Part shown: positions 36,378 through 45,017 of the stretch, in pieces
Layout: the number at the start of each line of letters is the position of its first letter
Position numbering within the stretch: position 1 is the first letter of the stretch
Assembly: GCA_964405455.1 (NCBI GenBank)
Contig: CAYOOA010000004.1
Span: 5,342 to 69,341, forward strand
Origin: an uncultured Anaerolineaceae bacterium
GTDB lineage: Bacteria > Chloroflexota > Anaerolineae > Anaerolineales > Anaerolineaceae
Reading direction: 5' to 3'
DNA: 64,000 nucleotides
Program-made: the position numbers and the translations under genes
Notes under the pieces: model-generated
The model's database searches: none
The model's input: only the letters and a program-made list of their open reading frames with translations
Told to the model about the DNA's origin: nothing

Positions 36378-37736
36378 ATGTCTTCTTTTGATCGGATGGA
36401 TCAATACCTTGAAAATCACCTGCAAGAAAACCTGCAGGAGTTGGCCCGGCTGGTTGCCCAACCCAGCGTGGCAGCCCAAAACTGGGGTTTGAAAGAATGC
36501 GCTCAACTGGTTGCTGAAATGCTGCACAAGCGCGGGTTTGATGTTCGCATTCAATCAACGGGAGGGGCGCCGGTGGTTTTTGCCGAGCGCAAGGGCCGCA
36601 GTAATAAAACATTGCTGTTCTACAACCATTATGATGTTCAACCCGCCGAGCCACTGGAATTATGGGACAACCCGCCTTTTGCCCCGGTTATCAAGGATGG
36701 GTTGATGTACGGCAGGGGAATCAATGATGATAAGGGGCATCTCACCAGCCGCCTGTTCGCCCTGGATGCGCTCCTGGAAGAAAATGGCGATCTGCCGTGT
36801 AATGTGAAGTTCGTCATTGAAGGCGAGGAAGAGGTAAGCAGTGCCCATCTTCATGAATATGTCATTGAAAATACTGATCAATTGAAGGCGGATGCCTGTA
36901 TCTGGGAGTTTGGTGGGGTAGATCACCGGGATCATCCGATGCAATACCTGGGTCTGCGCGGAATCTGTTACGTTGAGTTAAGTGTCGAGACGGCCAACCA
37001 GGACGTGCATTCCGGTCTGGGCGGTTCAATTTTCCCGAATGCAGCCTGGCGGTTGATCTGGGCTCTCTCAACGCTCAAGGGAGAGGATGAACGGATCCGG
37101 ATCCCGGGTTTTTATGATCATATCCGGCCGCCCAGCGAGCGTGACATCGAATTATTTAATGCCATGCCAGATATGAGCGAGGAGTATCGCCAGCGTTACA
37201 AATTAAACCATTTCCTGAACGGTCTCCAAGGCGGCACGGAGCTAAATATTGCCGAAGTCTTTCGACCCACTTGTACCATCTGCGGGCTTTCCGCGGGGTA
37301 TGAGGGACCGGGTTCCAAAACAGTCCTACCTGCCAGGGCGAGTGCAAAAGTGGATTTCCGCCTGGTGCCGGATCAAACTCCTGAAGAGGTGTTGGCCCTG
37401 CTGCGGGCGCACCTGGATGCACAAGGTTTTTCTGATATCAAGATTCAATACTGGGGCGGAGAAGCACCCTCACGGACCGATCCCGACGACCCGTTTGTCC
37501 AATTGGTCGTAGAGACAGCAGCAGATGTCTATGGGATGCCCATGCAAATGGTACCGATGGTCGGCGGCTCCGGCCCAAACCATATTTTCCAGGAAGCGCT
37601 GAGAATCCCGATTGTGACGGCGGGGTTAGGGTATCCGGGCGGTTTGGCCCATGCACCCAATGAAAATATCCGCATTGACCTGTATTTGAAAGCTGCCAAA
37701 CATATTGTGAGGATTCTAAAAGCCTTCGCCGGGTAA
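36378..37736 (+). CDS. M20-family metallopeptidase/dipeptidase (ArgE/DapE/ACY1/CPG2 family)
   Basis: 'LLFYNHYDVQP', 'GRGINDDKGH' and 'FVIEGEEEVSS' metal-ligand motifs. Confidence 0.88.
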   Translation: MSSFDRMDQYLENHLQENLQELARLVAQPSVAAQNWGLKECAQLVAEMLHKRGFDVRIQSTGGAPVVFAERKGRSNKTLLFYNHYDVQPAEPLELWDNPPFAPVIKDGLMYGRGINDDKGHLTSRLFALDALLEENGDLPCNVKFVIEGEEEVSSAHLHEYVIENTDQLKADACIWEFGGVDHRDHPMQYLGLRGICYVELSVETANQDVHSGLGGSIFPNAAWRLIWALSTLKGEDERIRIPGFYDHIRPPSERDIELFNAMPDMSEEYRQRYKLNHFLNGLQGGTELNIAEVFRPTCTICGLSAGYEGPGSKTVLPARASAKVDFRLVPDQTPEEVLALLRAHLDAQGFSDIKIQYWGGEAPSRTDPDDPFVQLVVETAADVYGMPMQMVPMVGGSGPNHIFQEALRIPIVTAGLGYPGGLAHAPNENIRIDLYLKAAKHIVRILKAFAG

Positions 37737-37758
37737 GTGGCGTGGATCTGAAAAAACG

Positions 37759-37787
37759 CAGCCCAACCTATTTTTTAGGTTGGGCTG
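37759..37787. terminator. bidirectional intrinsic terminator
   Basis: CAGCCCAACCT-atttttt-AGGTTGGGCTG between convergent genes, preceded by an A-run. Confidence 0.75.
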
Positions 37788-37801
37788 TTGCATAAATACT
37801 G

Positions 37802-39280
37802 TTACCTGGTCCTGGCCCGGGCCCGCAGCATGCTCTTCCCGGCGGCTGACACAGCATCCCAGGCAGCCAGGACCTGTTGAATTTCTGCCTGGCTTTCCGG
37901 CAATTCTCCATAGCGGACCCGGATATAGGCCTGGGTTAACAAGTTCACTTCACTGGATTGATTGGGAAAAACATTTACCAGGTTTGGGATAAATTCCAAC
38001 GGCGTGACTGCCTGTGGACGGGCGGATTCCAATTGCTCACATAAATGCATTAATTGCGCATAGATACGACGGATGCGAGCTGCGGCCAGCCAGCGTCCTG
38101 CCCGCCAAATGCGGTTGGCGGCCAGCTGGCGGAAGAAATCCCGGATCCCGATGGAGGGGCCATGCTTTTCCGTGGATGTTTCAGATTCCACCTGCAGGCG
38201 GTGAACCCGATTTTTCCAGGTAATACTGATGATCACAATCAAAATGACCAGGAGCAGAACAAAGCCCAGGTAGATGGATTCCGTCCGGTTAACCAGGCGC
38301 ACAATCCAACTGCTCGGCTGGCTGGATGGTCCCCCTCCAAGACCTTTGAGGAATTGCTGGATTGGGGTGGAAATTTTCTCCAAAGCAGCTGCTATAAATG
38401 CGAGGATTTTTGGAACAACTTCGATCAGCAAGAGCAGGAGCGGGGAGAGGATGAATACAAAAATGGCCGAAAGGGCTGCGATGATGATTAAATAAATCCG
38501 GGCCAGTATCATCCCGACCTGGCCATGGAGAATCCAGGCTAACAGGATGGCCACGCTTACCACCACCAGGGCGGCCAGGATGATTCCCACCGTCCAGCGA
38601 GAACCGAATGCAGGCATCCGACCACCCCTATATTCACTCAGGGAGGCAATCCGGGCAGATGCCATACCGACCAGGGTGCAAAACAAGAAACCATAGAGTT
38701 GGATGAAGGACTCGACCGGGGATGTCCATTGCATGATGACGTTTCCGAGACCGTACAACAGGATCATAAACAATCCGACCTGGAAAGAACTGTAGACATC
38801 GAAGGGATCAACGAGGTCTTTGGCAATGGAAATTCCGCGCCAGGCTAACAACAGGGTAATCAGCAAGCACCAGGTTTCATTCAACCGGCCCGTGGCCTGG
38901 ATAATTGTGGTTACCGGACTGACTGCAATCTGGAAGAGAGAAGATTGGTTTCCAGGGAAAAGAAGAAACTTGAGAGCCAGGATATAGCAGAAGGTCAACC
39001 AACCGATGAAAACCAGGCGCCGGGGAAGGGGTTTCCAGCCTTTACGATTCATCCAGCGGGCAAGCCAATGAGTACCCAACAGGATCAGCGCCATCACGGC
39101 CAGTGCGCCGCCCATTGAAATGACCGGATGAACCAGTAGGATCAGCCAGCTGACACTCCAGGCCAGGTCCATGCCAAACACAGCCAGGGTGGCGAACTCG
39201 CGCCAAAGCCAGGGACGGCCTTCCGTCAACCGGAGGAAAGAGCTGCTACGGGCGGTTGGCATCTGAAGCGGCTCAGGCAT
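37802..39280 (-). CDS. polytopic membrane protein with a C-terminal DUF4129-like domain (TgpA-like but lacking a transglutaminase core)
   Basis: About 10 hydrophobic helices. The C-terminus 'VTPLEFIPNL...AYIRVRYGELPES' is DUF4129-like. I see no Cys-His-Asp transglutaminase motif. ATG 39280 overlaps the DUF58 stop (ATGCCTGA). Confidence 0.65.
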   Translation of the reverse strand: MPEPLQMPTARSSSFLRLTEGRPWLWREFATLAVFGMDLAWSVSWLILLVHPVISMGGALAVMALILLGTHWLARWMNRKGWKPLPRRLVFIGWLTFCYILALKFLLFPGNQSSLFQIAVSPVTTIIQATGRLNETWCLLITLLLAWRGISIAKDLVDPFDVYSSFQVGLFMILLYGLGNVIMQWTSPVESFIQLYGFLFCTLVGMASARIASLSEYRGGRMPAFGSRWTVGIILAALVVVSVAILLAWILHGQVGMILARIYLIIIAALSAIFVFILSPLLLLLIEVVPKILAFIAAALEKISTPIQQFLKGLGGGPSSQPSSWIVRLVNRTESIYLGFVLLLVILIVIISITWKNRVHRLQVESETSTEKHGPSIGIRDFFRQLAANRIWRAGRWLAAARIRRIYAQLMHLCEQLESARPQAVTPLEFIPNLVNVFPNQSSEVNLLTQAYIRVRYGELPESQAEIQQVLAAWDAVSAAGKSMLRARARTR

Positions 39281-40487
39281 GGGCTGGTTCCTGGCGGAAG
39301 GGAAGGTGAATTGCACGAATGCCAGGCAATTCAGGCGGGGGTAAAGAATCTAATGAAACAAGAGTGATGTAAGAACGATAGCGCTTCATCCGTAGAATAG
39401 TCTCAGCAAGATTCTGGCTGACATAGGCTGTCACCAGGACCAGGCTGGCTCCGTAAGGGAGAGAGGGAAGTGACTGAGCCAGAAAGGCTTCAAACAATCC
39501 GGTACGGAAACTTGTGACACCGGCCAGGGCTTGGAGCAGCCTGGCGAGTTGCCCGGGAGTTCGATTGGGCGGGATGCGAAAGGGTTGATCCGAATGGGCG
39601 ATGCAGCCATTGGAGATCAGGCCGACGGAATAGCCGGTTTGAAAGGACTGATAAGCCAGTGTGGCAGTTACTTTTACCAGTTGCTCCAGCATTTCTGCAT
39701 CCGTATCCAGCCAGGGATGGTCCGAGGTGGAAGCGTTCATGCAGAGCACCAGGTGCTGGGAATTGACCGGTTGAAAAACGCGAGTCTGCAAGGAGCCCGT
39801 GCGGGCAGTGGCCGGCCAGTGGATACGCCGAAAGCCGTCTTCGGGGCGGTATTCGCGCACGCCCATGGGACGGTTGGGATCCTCAAACAGTCGACGGCGG
39901 GCGCGCCGGTCGCCAAAAGGATCTTCAGCGTCCATGGGAAAATCGGTCGGCGAAAGCAATTCTGGAAAGACGACCACATAATCCTGGTCCGGATTCTCAA
40001 TCTCTGCTTCAAACAGGCCAAAGCCATCACCTGATTCTAGCAAAACCGGCCCGACCTGGTAAATTCCCCGCTGGCGAAGGAGGAGGGTGTAAGGACGCGA
40101 GATGGATTGATGTGAATTGAGCGAGGTGACATGTACCAGGGTACCCTGCTGGGGAAGGTGGGAAGCACCGAGGACGGATTCATCCTGGGGGGCGATCACC
40201 AACGGCCAACTATCACTGGAACGCAGCCAGGTGAGCGGTACGACTTTCTGGTTCTGGATCTGGATGCGCAGATCCAGGGTTTCTCCCGGGAAACCGCGCC
40301 GGTAATGCCAGAACCGCTGATATTTGACATTTTTCAGTGCAATTTTTCGCCAACGATCGCTGACGAACAACACGGCTGCAACCGCCGCTGTGAAGGCAAT
40401 CAACCAGGGTACATTGAAAATTGCGCCGATGGTGAACACCAGGACCAGGGAGACAGACCAGATTTGCAGCAGGCGATTGCCGCGCAA
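39273..40487 (-). CDS. DUF58 domain protein (vWA-like, MoxR-associated)
   Basis: N-terminal double TM and 'VREYRPEDGFRRIHWPATARTGSLQTRVF', the DUF58 signature. Abuts the moxR stop. Confidence 0.85.
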   Translation of the reverse strand: MRGNRLLQIWSVSLVLVFTIGAIFNVPWLIAFTAAVAAVLFVSDRWRKIALKNVKYQRFWHYRRGFPGETLDLRIQIQNQKVVPLTWLRSSDSWPLVIAPQDESVLGASHLPQQGTLVHVTSLNSHQSISRPYTLLLRQRGIYQVGPVLLESGDGFGLFEAEIENPDQDYVVVFPELLSPTDFPMDAEDPFGDRRARRRLFEDPNRPMGVREYRPEDGFRRIHWPATARTGSLQTRVFQPVNSQHLVLCMNASTSDHPWLDTDAEMLEQLVKVTATLAYQSFQTGYSVGLISNGCIAHSDQPFRIPPNRTPGQLARLLQALAGVTSFRTGLFEAFLAQSLPSLPYGASLVLVTAYVSQNLAETILRMKRYRSYITLVSLDSLPPPELPGIRAIHLPFRQEPAHA

Positions 40488-41423
40488 TCACGCCTCCACG
40501 GGAACCGGAACTGAAGCGACGATATCCCGTACCAATTCCTCCGCGGTCCGCCCGCGGAGCTGAGCCTGGGCGGCTATGATCAGGCGGTGACAGAGAACGT
40601 GGGGTGCCAAAGATTTGACGTCATCTGGCAAAACAAAAGCCCGTCCCTGGATGGCAGCCCAGGCCTGGGATACCTGGTAAAGGGCCATGGTAGCCCGCGG
40701 GCTGGCACCCAGTTGAATATCATGGTTCTGGCGGGTGGCCATCGCAATCCGGACAATATAATCCCTGACGGATTCTTCCACCTTGATTTGCTGGCGCTCC
40801 TTGACCAAGGCCAGTAATTCTTCCGGGGAAGTAACCGGTTGCAGATCCTGCAGCGGATCCAACTCGCGGAATCGTTCCAGGATGGAATTTTCTTCGGCTT
40901 GCGAGGGATACCCGATCACCACGCGCATCATAAAACGGTCCAGTTGCGCTTCCGGCAGCGGGAAGGTACCCTCCAACTCCACCGGGTTCTGGGTGGCAAG
41001 GACGAAGAAAGGCCGGGGTAGTTTGCGCGTCACGCCATCTGCCGTTACCTGGCGCTCCTGCATGGCCTCCAGCATGGAGGACTGGGTGCGCGGCGTAGCC
41101 CGGTTGATTTCATCAGCAAGGACAACCTGTCCCATGATGGGGCCCGGCCTGAATTCGAACTCCTGGATCTTTTGATTGAACCAACTGATGCCGGTGACAT
41201 CGGAGGGAAGCAAATCCGGCGTGAATTGGATGCGCTGAAAAGAACAACCAAGTGACGCTGCCAGGGCGCGGGCCAACGTTGTTTTGCCGGTTCCGGGGAC
41301 ATCTTCGATCAATACATGCCCTTCGCAGAACAAGGTGGAAAGCAGGTGATGGATGACGGTCTGTTTCCCGACGATGACTTTCTGGATGTTGTTGGTGATT
41401 TTCTCAGCTATGGATTGAATCAA
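40488..41423 (-). CDS. MoxR-family AAA+ ATPase
   Basis: 'GHVLIEDVPGTGKTTLARALA', 'VLADEINRATPRTQSSMLEAMQERQVT' and 'VLATQNPVELEGTFPLPEAQLDRF'. Confidence 0.93.
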   Translation of the reverse strand: MIQSIAEKITNNIQKVIVGKQTVIHHLLSTLFCEGHVLIEDVPGTGKTTLARALAASLGCSFQRIQFTPDLLPSDVTGISWFNQKIQEFEFRPGPIMGQVVLADEINRATPRTQSSMLEAMQERQVTADGVTRKLPRPFFVLATQNPVELEGTFPLPEAQLDRFMMRVVIGYPSQAEENSILERFRELDPLQDLQPVTSPEELLALVKERQQIKVEESVRDYIVRIAMATRQNHDIQLGASPRATMALYQVSQAWAAIQGRAFVLPDDVKSLAPHVLCHRLIIAAQAQLRGRTAEELVRDIVASVPVPVEA

Positions 41424-41441
41424 ACCGACCTCGTTTTCTGT

Positions 41442-42512
41442 TTATCCCAGGCGGATGATTGCGCCGCAATATTCGCATTGGATGGAATCCTGCCCGCGCA
41501 GGATGGCCTGCTTGATCGTTCCGCCACAATTCGGACAGATGGTGGGCGCATTTTTAACTTTGTCAACAGCAGATTGATCAATAGCCACGGCGCGGTCCCG
41601 GGTGATATCCCCGGAAAGAACTCGGTTGATCAGGGCTTTCCATTCGTTGCAGTCCTGGCCTTTGAGATGAAATTGCATTTGTTGATAGGGCGCACCACTG
41701 GCGAAACGTAAATCCAGGAAATCTTCATTTTTAAAAACACCTTGCTTGGTGGCATTTGTTTCCTGGATCATGGTCAGAGCCACCTCGGCAGCCAGCACCT
41801 GTACTTTTTTGCGCTCCGTGGTGATAAAAAGGACTTTCTTGGTGGCTACTTCTTCGTTCTGTTCAAACAGGAGCCTTTGATCGGTCAGAAATAAAATGCC
41901 TTCCGGATCATCCCTGTCTTCGCGATTGTCGCGCGTCCAGATGGCCTTGACTGCCATGATCAACGCTTCCGTGGGCAGCAGCTTGAAGCAGGCCTGCTCC
42001 AGAGAAGTGTAAGCCCACTCAACTTCATCCAGGTGGTGGAAGAGCTTGCCGGCTTCACTTTCCAGGCTGTCATACATCCCATTGATGGTCGATTCTGCGG
42101 CAGAGGCCTTTTCTTCCAGGTTACTGCATTCCGTTTCCAACTGGGTGAGCATGGGAAGAGCCAGGGCTGGGCTGTGCACGGCGGCAGCCGCCTGACCCAG
42201 GCGGCTTTCCAGCGGACGCAGGGCAGCTTCCAATAAAAAGACTTGCTGATTGATCTGGATGTTGACGGATTGGCGAAGCGGCAGCCAGCGTTTCAGTAAA
42301 TCAGAGGCCTGGCCTTCCAGCCCTTTCTCGAAGGGGAAATTCCGATTCCGGAGAGCGGTGATCCGCCCCGTCAGCCCCTTGATTTTGGTATCCAGGTCTT
42401 CAACCTGATCCAACACACTGGTTAATTTGACCTGTTTTTGAAGTTTTTCAAAAGACCAACGTACATCGTTCATTTTGGCGTTAAGTTGATCCTGGGGGGA
42501 TTGAGTGGTCAT
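41442..42512 (-). CDS. coiled-coil protein with a PH/GRAM-like domain and a C-terminal Cys4 zinc ribbon
   Basis: About 190 aa of N-terminal helical heptad-like sequence, a 'GILFLTDQRLLFEQ' bacterial-PH/GRAM-type strand motif, and C-terminal 'CPNCGG...CEYCG'. The stop is 18 nt before moxR. Confidence 0.6.
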   Translation of the reverse strand: MTTQSPQDQLNAKMNDVRWSFEKLQKQVKLTSVLDQVEDLDTKIKGLTGRITALRNRNFPFEKGLEGQASDLLKRWLPLRQSVNIQINQQVFLLEAALRPLESRLGQAAAAVHSPALALPMLTQLETECSNLEEKASAAESTINGMYDSLESEAGKLFHHLDEVEWAYTSLEQACFKLLPTEALIMAVKAIWTRDNREDRDDPEGILFLTDQRLLFEQNEEVATKKVLFITTERKKVQVLAAEVALTMIQETNATKQGVFKNEDFLDLRFASGAPYQQMQFHLKGQDCNEWKALINRVLSGDITRDRAVAIDQSAVDKVKNAPTICPNCGGTIKQAILRGQDSIQCEYCGAIIRLG

Positions 42513-42660
42513 ACGCTCTCCTTATCTAATTCAACTGGTTTAATAATTCTACAAGATTAATTGGCTTTTACAACCCAAATTTCAGTGTTGTAAAGCCGGT
42601 TGATTTGCGGGATACTATGATTATTCCACGAAGCCCGACTAGTTTATCCTAGGAGGAATA

Positions 42661-43461
42661 TTGCGAAAGGTCACCGCAGCCGTACTGATTGTGTATGTTG
42701 GCCTGACCATTTATGCGGTCCTCTCTGTTATTGCCGGATGGCCGATGGGATCGTGGCTGACACCCTTAAATACCCTGGCCGGTTTTGCTTTTTCTGTCCT
42801 TCACGCCGGCCAGCGTTACGGTTGGAAATCCGCCCTGGTTTTGCTTTTAAGTGTGTTTGTCATCAGCCTGGGATTGGAAAGCCTGGGCGTCGCCACCGGG
42901 TGGGTGTACGGACCTTATCATTACACAGATCAATTGGGGGTGAAATTTCTCGGTTTGGTACCCCTTTTAATCCCGGTGGCGTGGTTTATGATGATGTATC
43001 CGGCCACGGTTTTTGCTGACCAAATTGTTCTTCGGAAAAACCGGGATGGAATCTGGATGCGAATCATGGCTGCTGCCCTGGCCGGTTTTATTATGACTGC
43101 CTGGGATGTTGCCATGGATCCGATGATGGTCAAGGCCGGCCACTGGGTCTGGGAAGTGCAGGGGGCTTTCTTTGGCGTGCCGGTGCATAACTATATTGGC
43201 TGGTGGCTGACCTCGTTTCTTTCGGTTGGTGTATTCCTGCTGGTGACGATGAAGATGAAACTCCCCGAAAATGAGATTCCCACCCGGTGGACAGTCATCT
43301 CATATGCGACCCAGGCAGGAGCAACGATTGTTACAGATGTCTTTATTGGTTTATCAGGGGCAGGAATGGCCGGTTTCTTTGCCATGCTGCCCTGGATCAT
43401 CATCGGATGGATTTTTGGAGGGGAAAAAGGAGGGCAGGATGCTGGAAAAGATCAACCTTGA
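42661..43461 (+). CDS. polytopic membrane protein, possibly DUF422/CruF-like (carotenoid biosynthesis protein family)
   Basis: Seven or more hydrophobic helices. 'LESLGVATGWVYGPYHYTD' resembles the G-x-P-F/Y-G-x-Y motif of that family. TTG start behind GGAGG. Confidence 0.45.
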   Translation: MRKVTAAVLIVYVGLTIYAVLSVIAGWPMGSWLTPLNTLAGFAFSVLHAGQRYGWKSALVLLLSVFVISLGLESLGVATGWVYGPYHYTDQLGVKFLGLVPLLIPVAWFMMMYPATVFADQIVLRKNRDGIWMRIMAAALAGFIMTAWDVAMDPMMVKAGHWVWEVQGAFFGVPVHNYIGWWLTSFLSVGVFLLVTMKMKLPENEIPTRWTVISYATQAGATIVTDVFIGLSGAGMAGFFAMLPWIIIGWIFGGEKGGQDAGKDQP

Positions 43462-44212
43462 TTTGAAGATGAGCAAGAAAGAATACAAGGAACACCTGGC
43501 CACCCTGGGGCCGCAGTTGACTTTGCTGCAAAGGGCCTGCTGGGAGAACGGTGTTCCGGTCAGCATCATTTTTGAAGGCTGGGATGCGAGCGGCAAAGGC
43601 ACCTCGATCAACAACCTGGTGCAGTTCATGGACCCGCGCGGATTCCGCATTCACCCGATCAAGGGCGCAACCGACCTGGAAGCCAGTATGCCCTGGTTGT
43701 GGCGGTTCTGGCGGAGGCTGCCAAACTACGGCGAGGTTGCCATTTTTGACCGGAGTTGGTACGGCCGGGTGCTGGTGGAACGGGTGGAGAAGTTAACCCC
43801 GGCTGACCAATGGCGGCCGGCATATCAGAACATCGTGGACTTTGAACGCACCCTGGTTGATGACGGGATGACCATTGTCAAGTTCCTGCTGCACATCAGC
43901 AAGGCGGAACAGAAAAAACGCTTCAAGCGCCTGGAAAAAGATCCCCTGCAAAGCTGGCGGGTGGCCAAAGAGGACTGGGAACACCACCGGAAATATGATG
44001 AATACCTGGTTGCTTACGAGGAAATGCTCGAAAAAACCGAGACCGAATGGGGACCCTGGACGATCATCGAGGCGACCGACCGGAACTGGGCTCAATTCCG
44101 AATCCTGGAGACGGTCAGCCGGCGGTTGGGTGAAGCTTTAACCGCCCGCGGAAAACCACTGCCGAGCCTGGAACCATCCGGAGCCAGGAATTCTGTCGGA
44201 GAGGAGGGATGA
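43439..44212 (+). CDS. polyphosphate kinase 2 (single-domain PPK2), copy 1
   Basis: 'IFEGWDASGKGT' Walker A, 'LWRFWRRLP' and 'IFDRSWYGRVLVERVE'. ATG 43439 lies behind GGAGGG. The longer 43271 frame is an artefact overlapping the membrane protein gene. Confidence 0.88.
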   Translation: MLEKINLDLKMSKKEYKEHLATLGPQLTLLQRACWENGVPVSIIFEGWDASGKGTSINNLVQFMDPRGFRIHPIKGATDLEASMPWLWRFWRRLPNYGEVAIFDRSWYGRVLVERVEKLTPADQWRPAYQNIVDFERTLVDDGMTIVKFLLHISKAEQKKRFKRLEKDPLQSWRVAKEDWEHHRKYDEYLVAYEEMLEKTETEWGPWTIIEATDRNWAQFRILETVSRRLGEALTARGKPLPSLEPSGARNSVGEEG

Positions 44213-44215
44213 GCC

Positions 44216-44965
44216 ATGTTGGAACGAGTTGATCTGACCCAGGTACTGACAAAAGAAGAATATGAAACGAGACTGATTCCCCTGCAAGAAAAGTTGCTGC
44301 TTTTCCAGCATGAGCTATACATACGCAAACGGGCCATGGTAATTGTTTTTGAGGGTTGGGATGCAGCTGGAAAAGGCGGAGCCATCCGCCGTATCACAGA
44401 ACGCCTGGACTCGCGAGGCTATGAAGTTTTCCCGATTGCTGCGCCGGCCGGCGAAGATCGCACACACCATTACCTGTATCGGTTTTGGCGACGCCTGCTT
44501 CCACCCACCGAGAAGCAAATTCAAATATTTGACCGGAGCTGGTACGGGCGGGTGTTGGTGGAACGGGTGGAGGGTTTCTGCAATCAACCTGCCTGGAAGC
44601 GGGCCTACCGGGAGATGAATGAATTCGAGCATCAATTGGTTTCAGCCGGATTCATCCTGGCAAAGTTTTGGCTGCACATCAGCCCGGAAGAACAGGAGAT
44701 GCGCTTTACCGATCGGCAGGCGAATGCAGCCAAAAGCTGGAAATTGACCGAAGAAGACTGGCGCAACCGCGAAAAATGGCCGCTCTACCTGGAGGCGGTG
44801 GAGGAAATGCTGGTAAAAACCAGTACGCTCACCGCTCCCTGGACCGTAGTGGAGGCGAACGATAAGTATTTCGCACGGATCAAGGTGCTGGAGACAGTCG
44901 TTGGCGCCATCCAGGCCGGCCTGAATATTTCACCTCCCGATGGCAAAGGCAAAAAGAAGAAGTAA
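44216..44965 (+). CDS. polyphosphate kinase 2 (single-domain PPK2), copy 2
   Basis: 'VFEGWDAAGKGG', 'LYRFWRRLL' and 'IFDRSWYGRVLVERVE'. Starts 3 nt after the copy 1 stop. Confidence 0.9.
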   Translation: MLERVDLTQVLTKEEYETRLIPLQEKLLLFQHELYIRKRAMVIVFEGWDAAGKGGAIRRITERLDSRGYEVFPIAAPAGEDRTHHYLYRFWRRLLPPTEKQIQIFDRSWYGRVLVERVEGFCNQPAWKRAYREMNEFEHQLVSAGFILAKFWLHISPEEQEMRFTDRQANAAKSWKLTEEDWRNREKWPLYLEAVEEMLVKTSTLTAPWTVVEANDKYFARIKVLETVVGAIQAGLNISPPDGKGKKKK

Positions 44966-44980
44966 ACAAGCAGAAGTAAA

Positions 44981-45013
44981 CCAACAGCCCGCTGTCTTCG
45001 AGCGGGCTGTTGG
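44981..45013. terminator. bidirectional terminator hairpin between the convergent PPK2 and CHAD genes
   Basis: CCAACAGCCCGCT-gtcttcg-AGCGGGCTGTTGG (13-bp perfect stem). Confidence 0.7.
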
Positions 45014-45017
45014 TCGA

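Noticed and set aside
39273-39280. The identical 8-nt overlap ATGCCTGA at two unrelated gene junctions (39273-39280 and 54966-54973)
   Set aside because: It is simply ATG-CCT (Met-Pro) overlapping a TGA stop. A short string recurring twice in 64 kb is compatible with chance.
43271-43438. N-terminal extension of the first PPK2 ORF (313-aa version)
   Set aside because: The extension lies out of frame inside the membrane protein gene and has no PPK2 homology. ATG 43439 has a GGAGGG SD and gives a normal ~257-aa PPK2. I made similar trims at 54974-55132 (response regulator), 58149-58301 (heparinase-like), 46056-46112 (CHAD), 12211-12246 (Ldh2) and 15725-15763 (pfkA).
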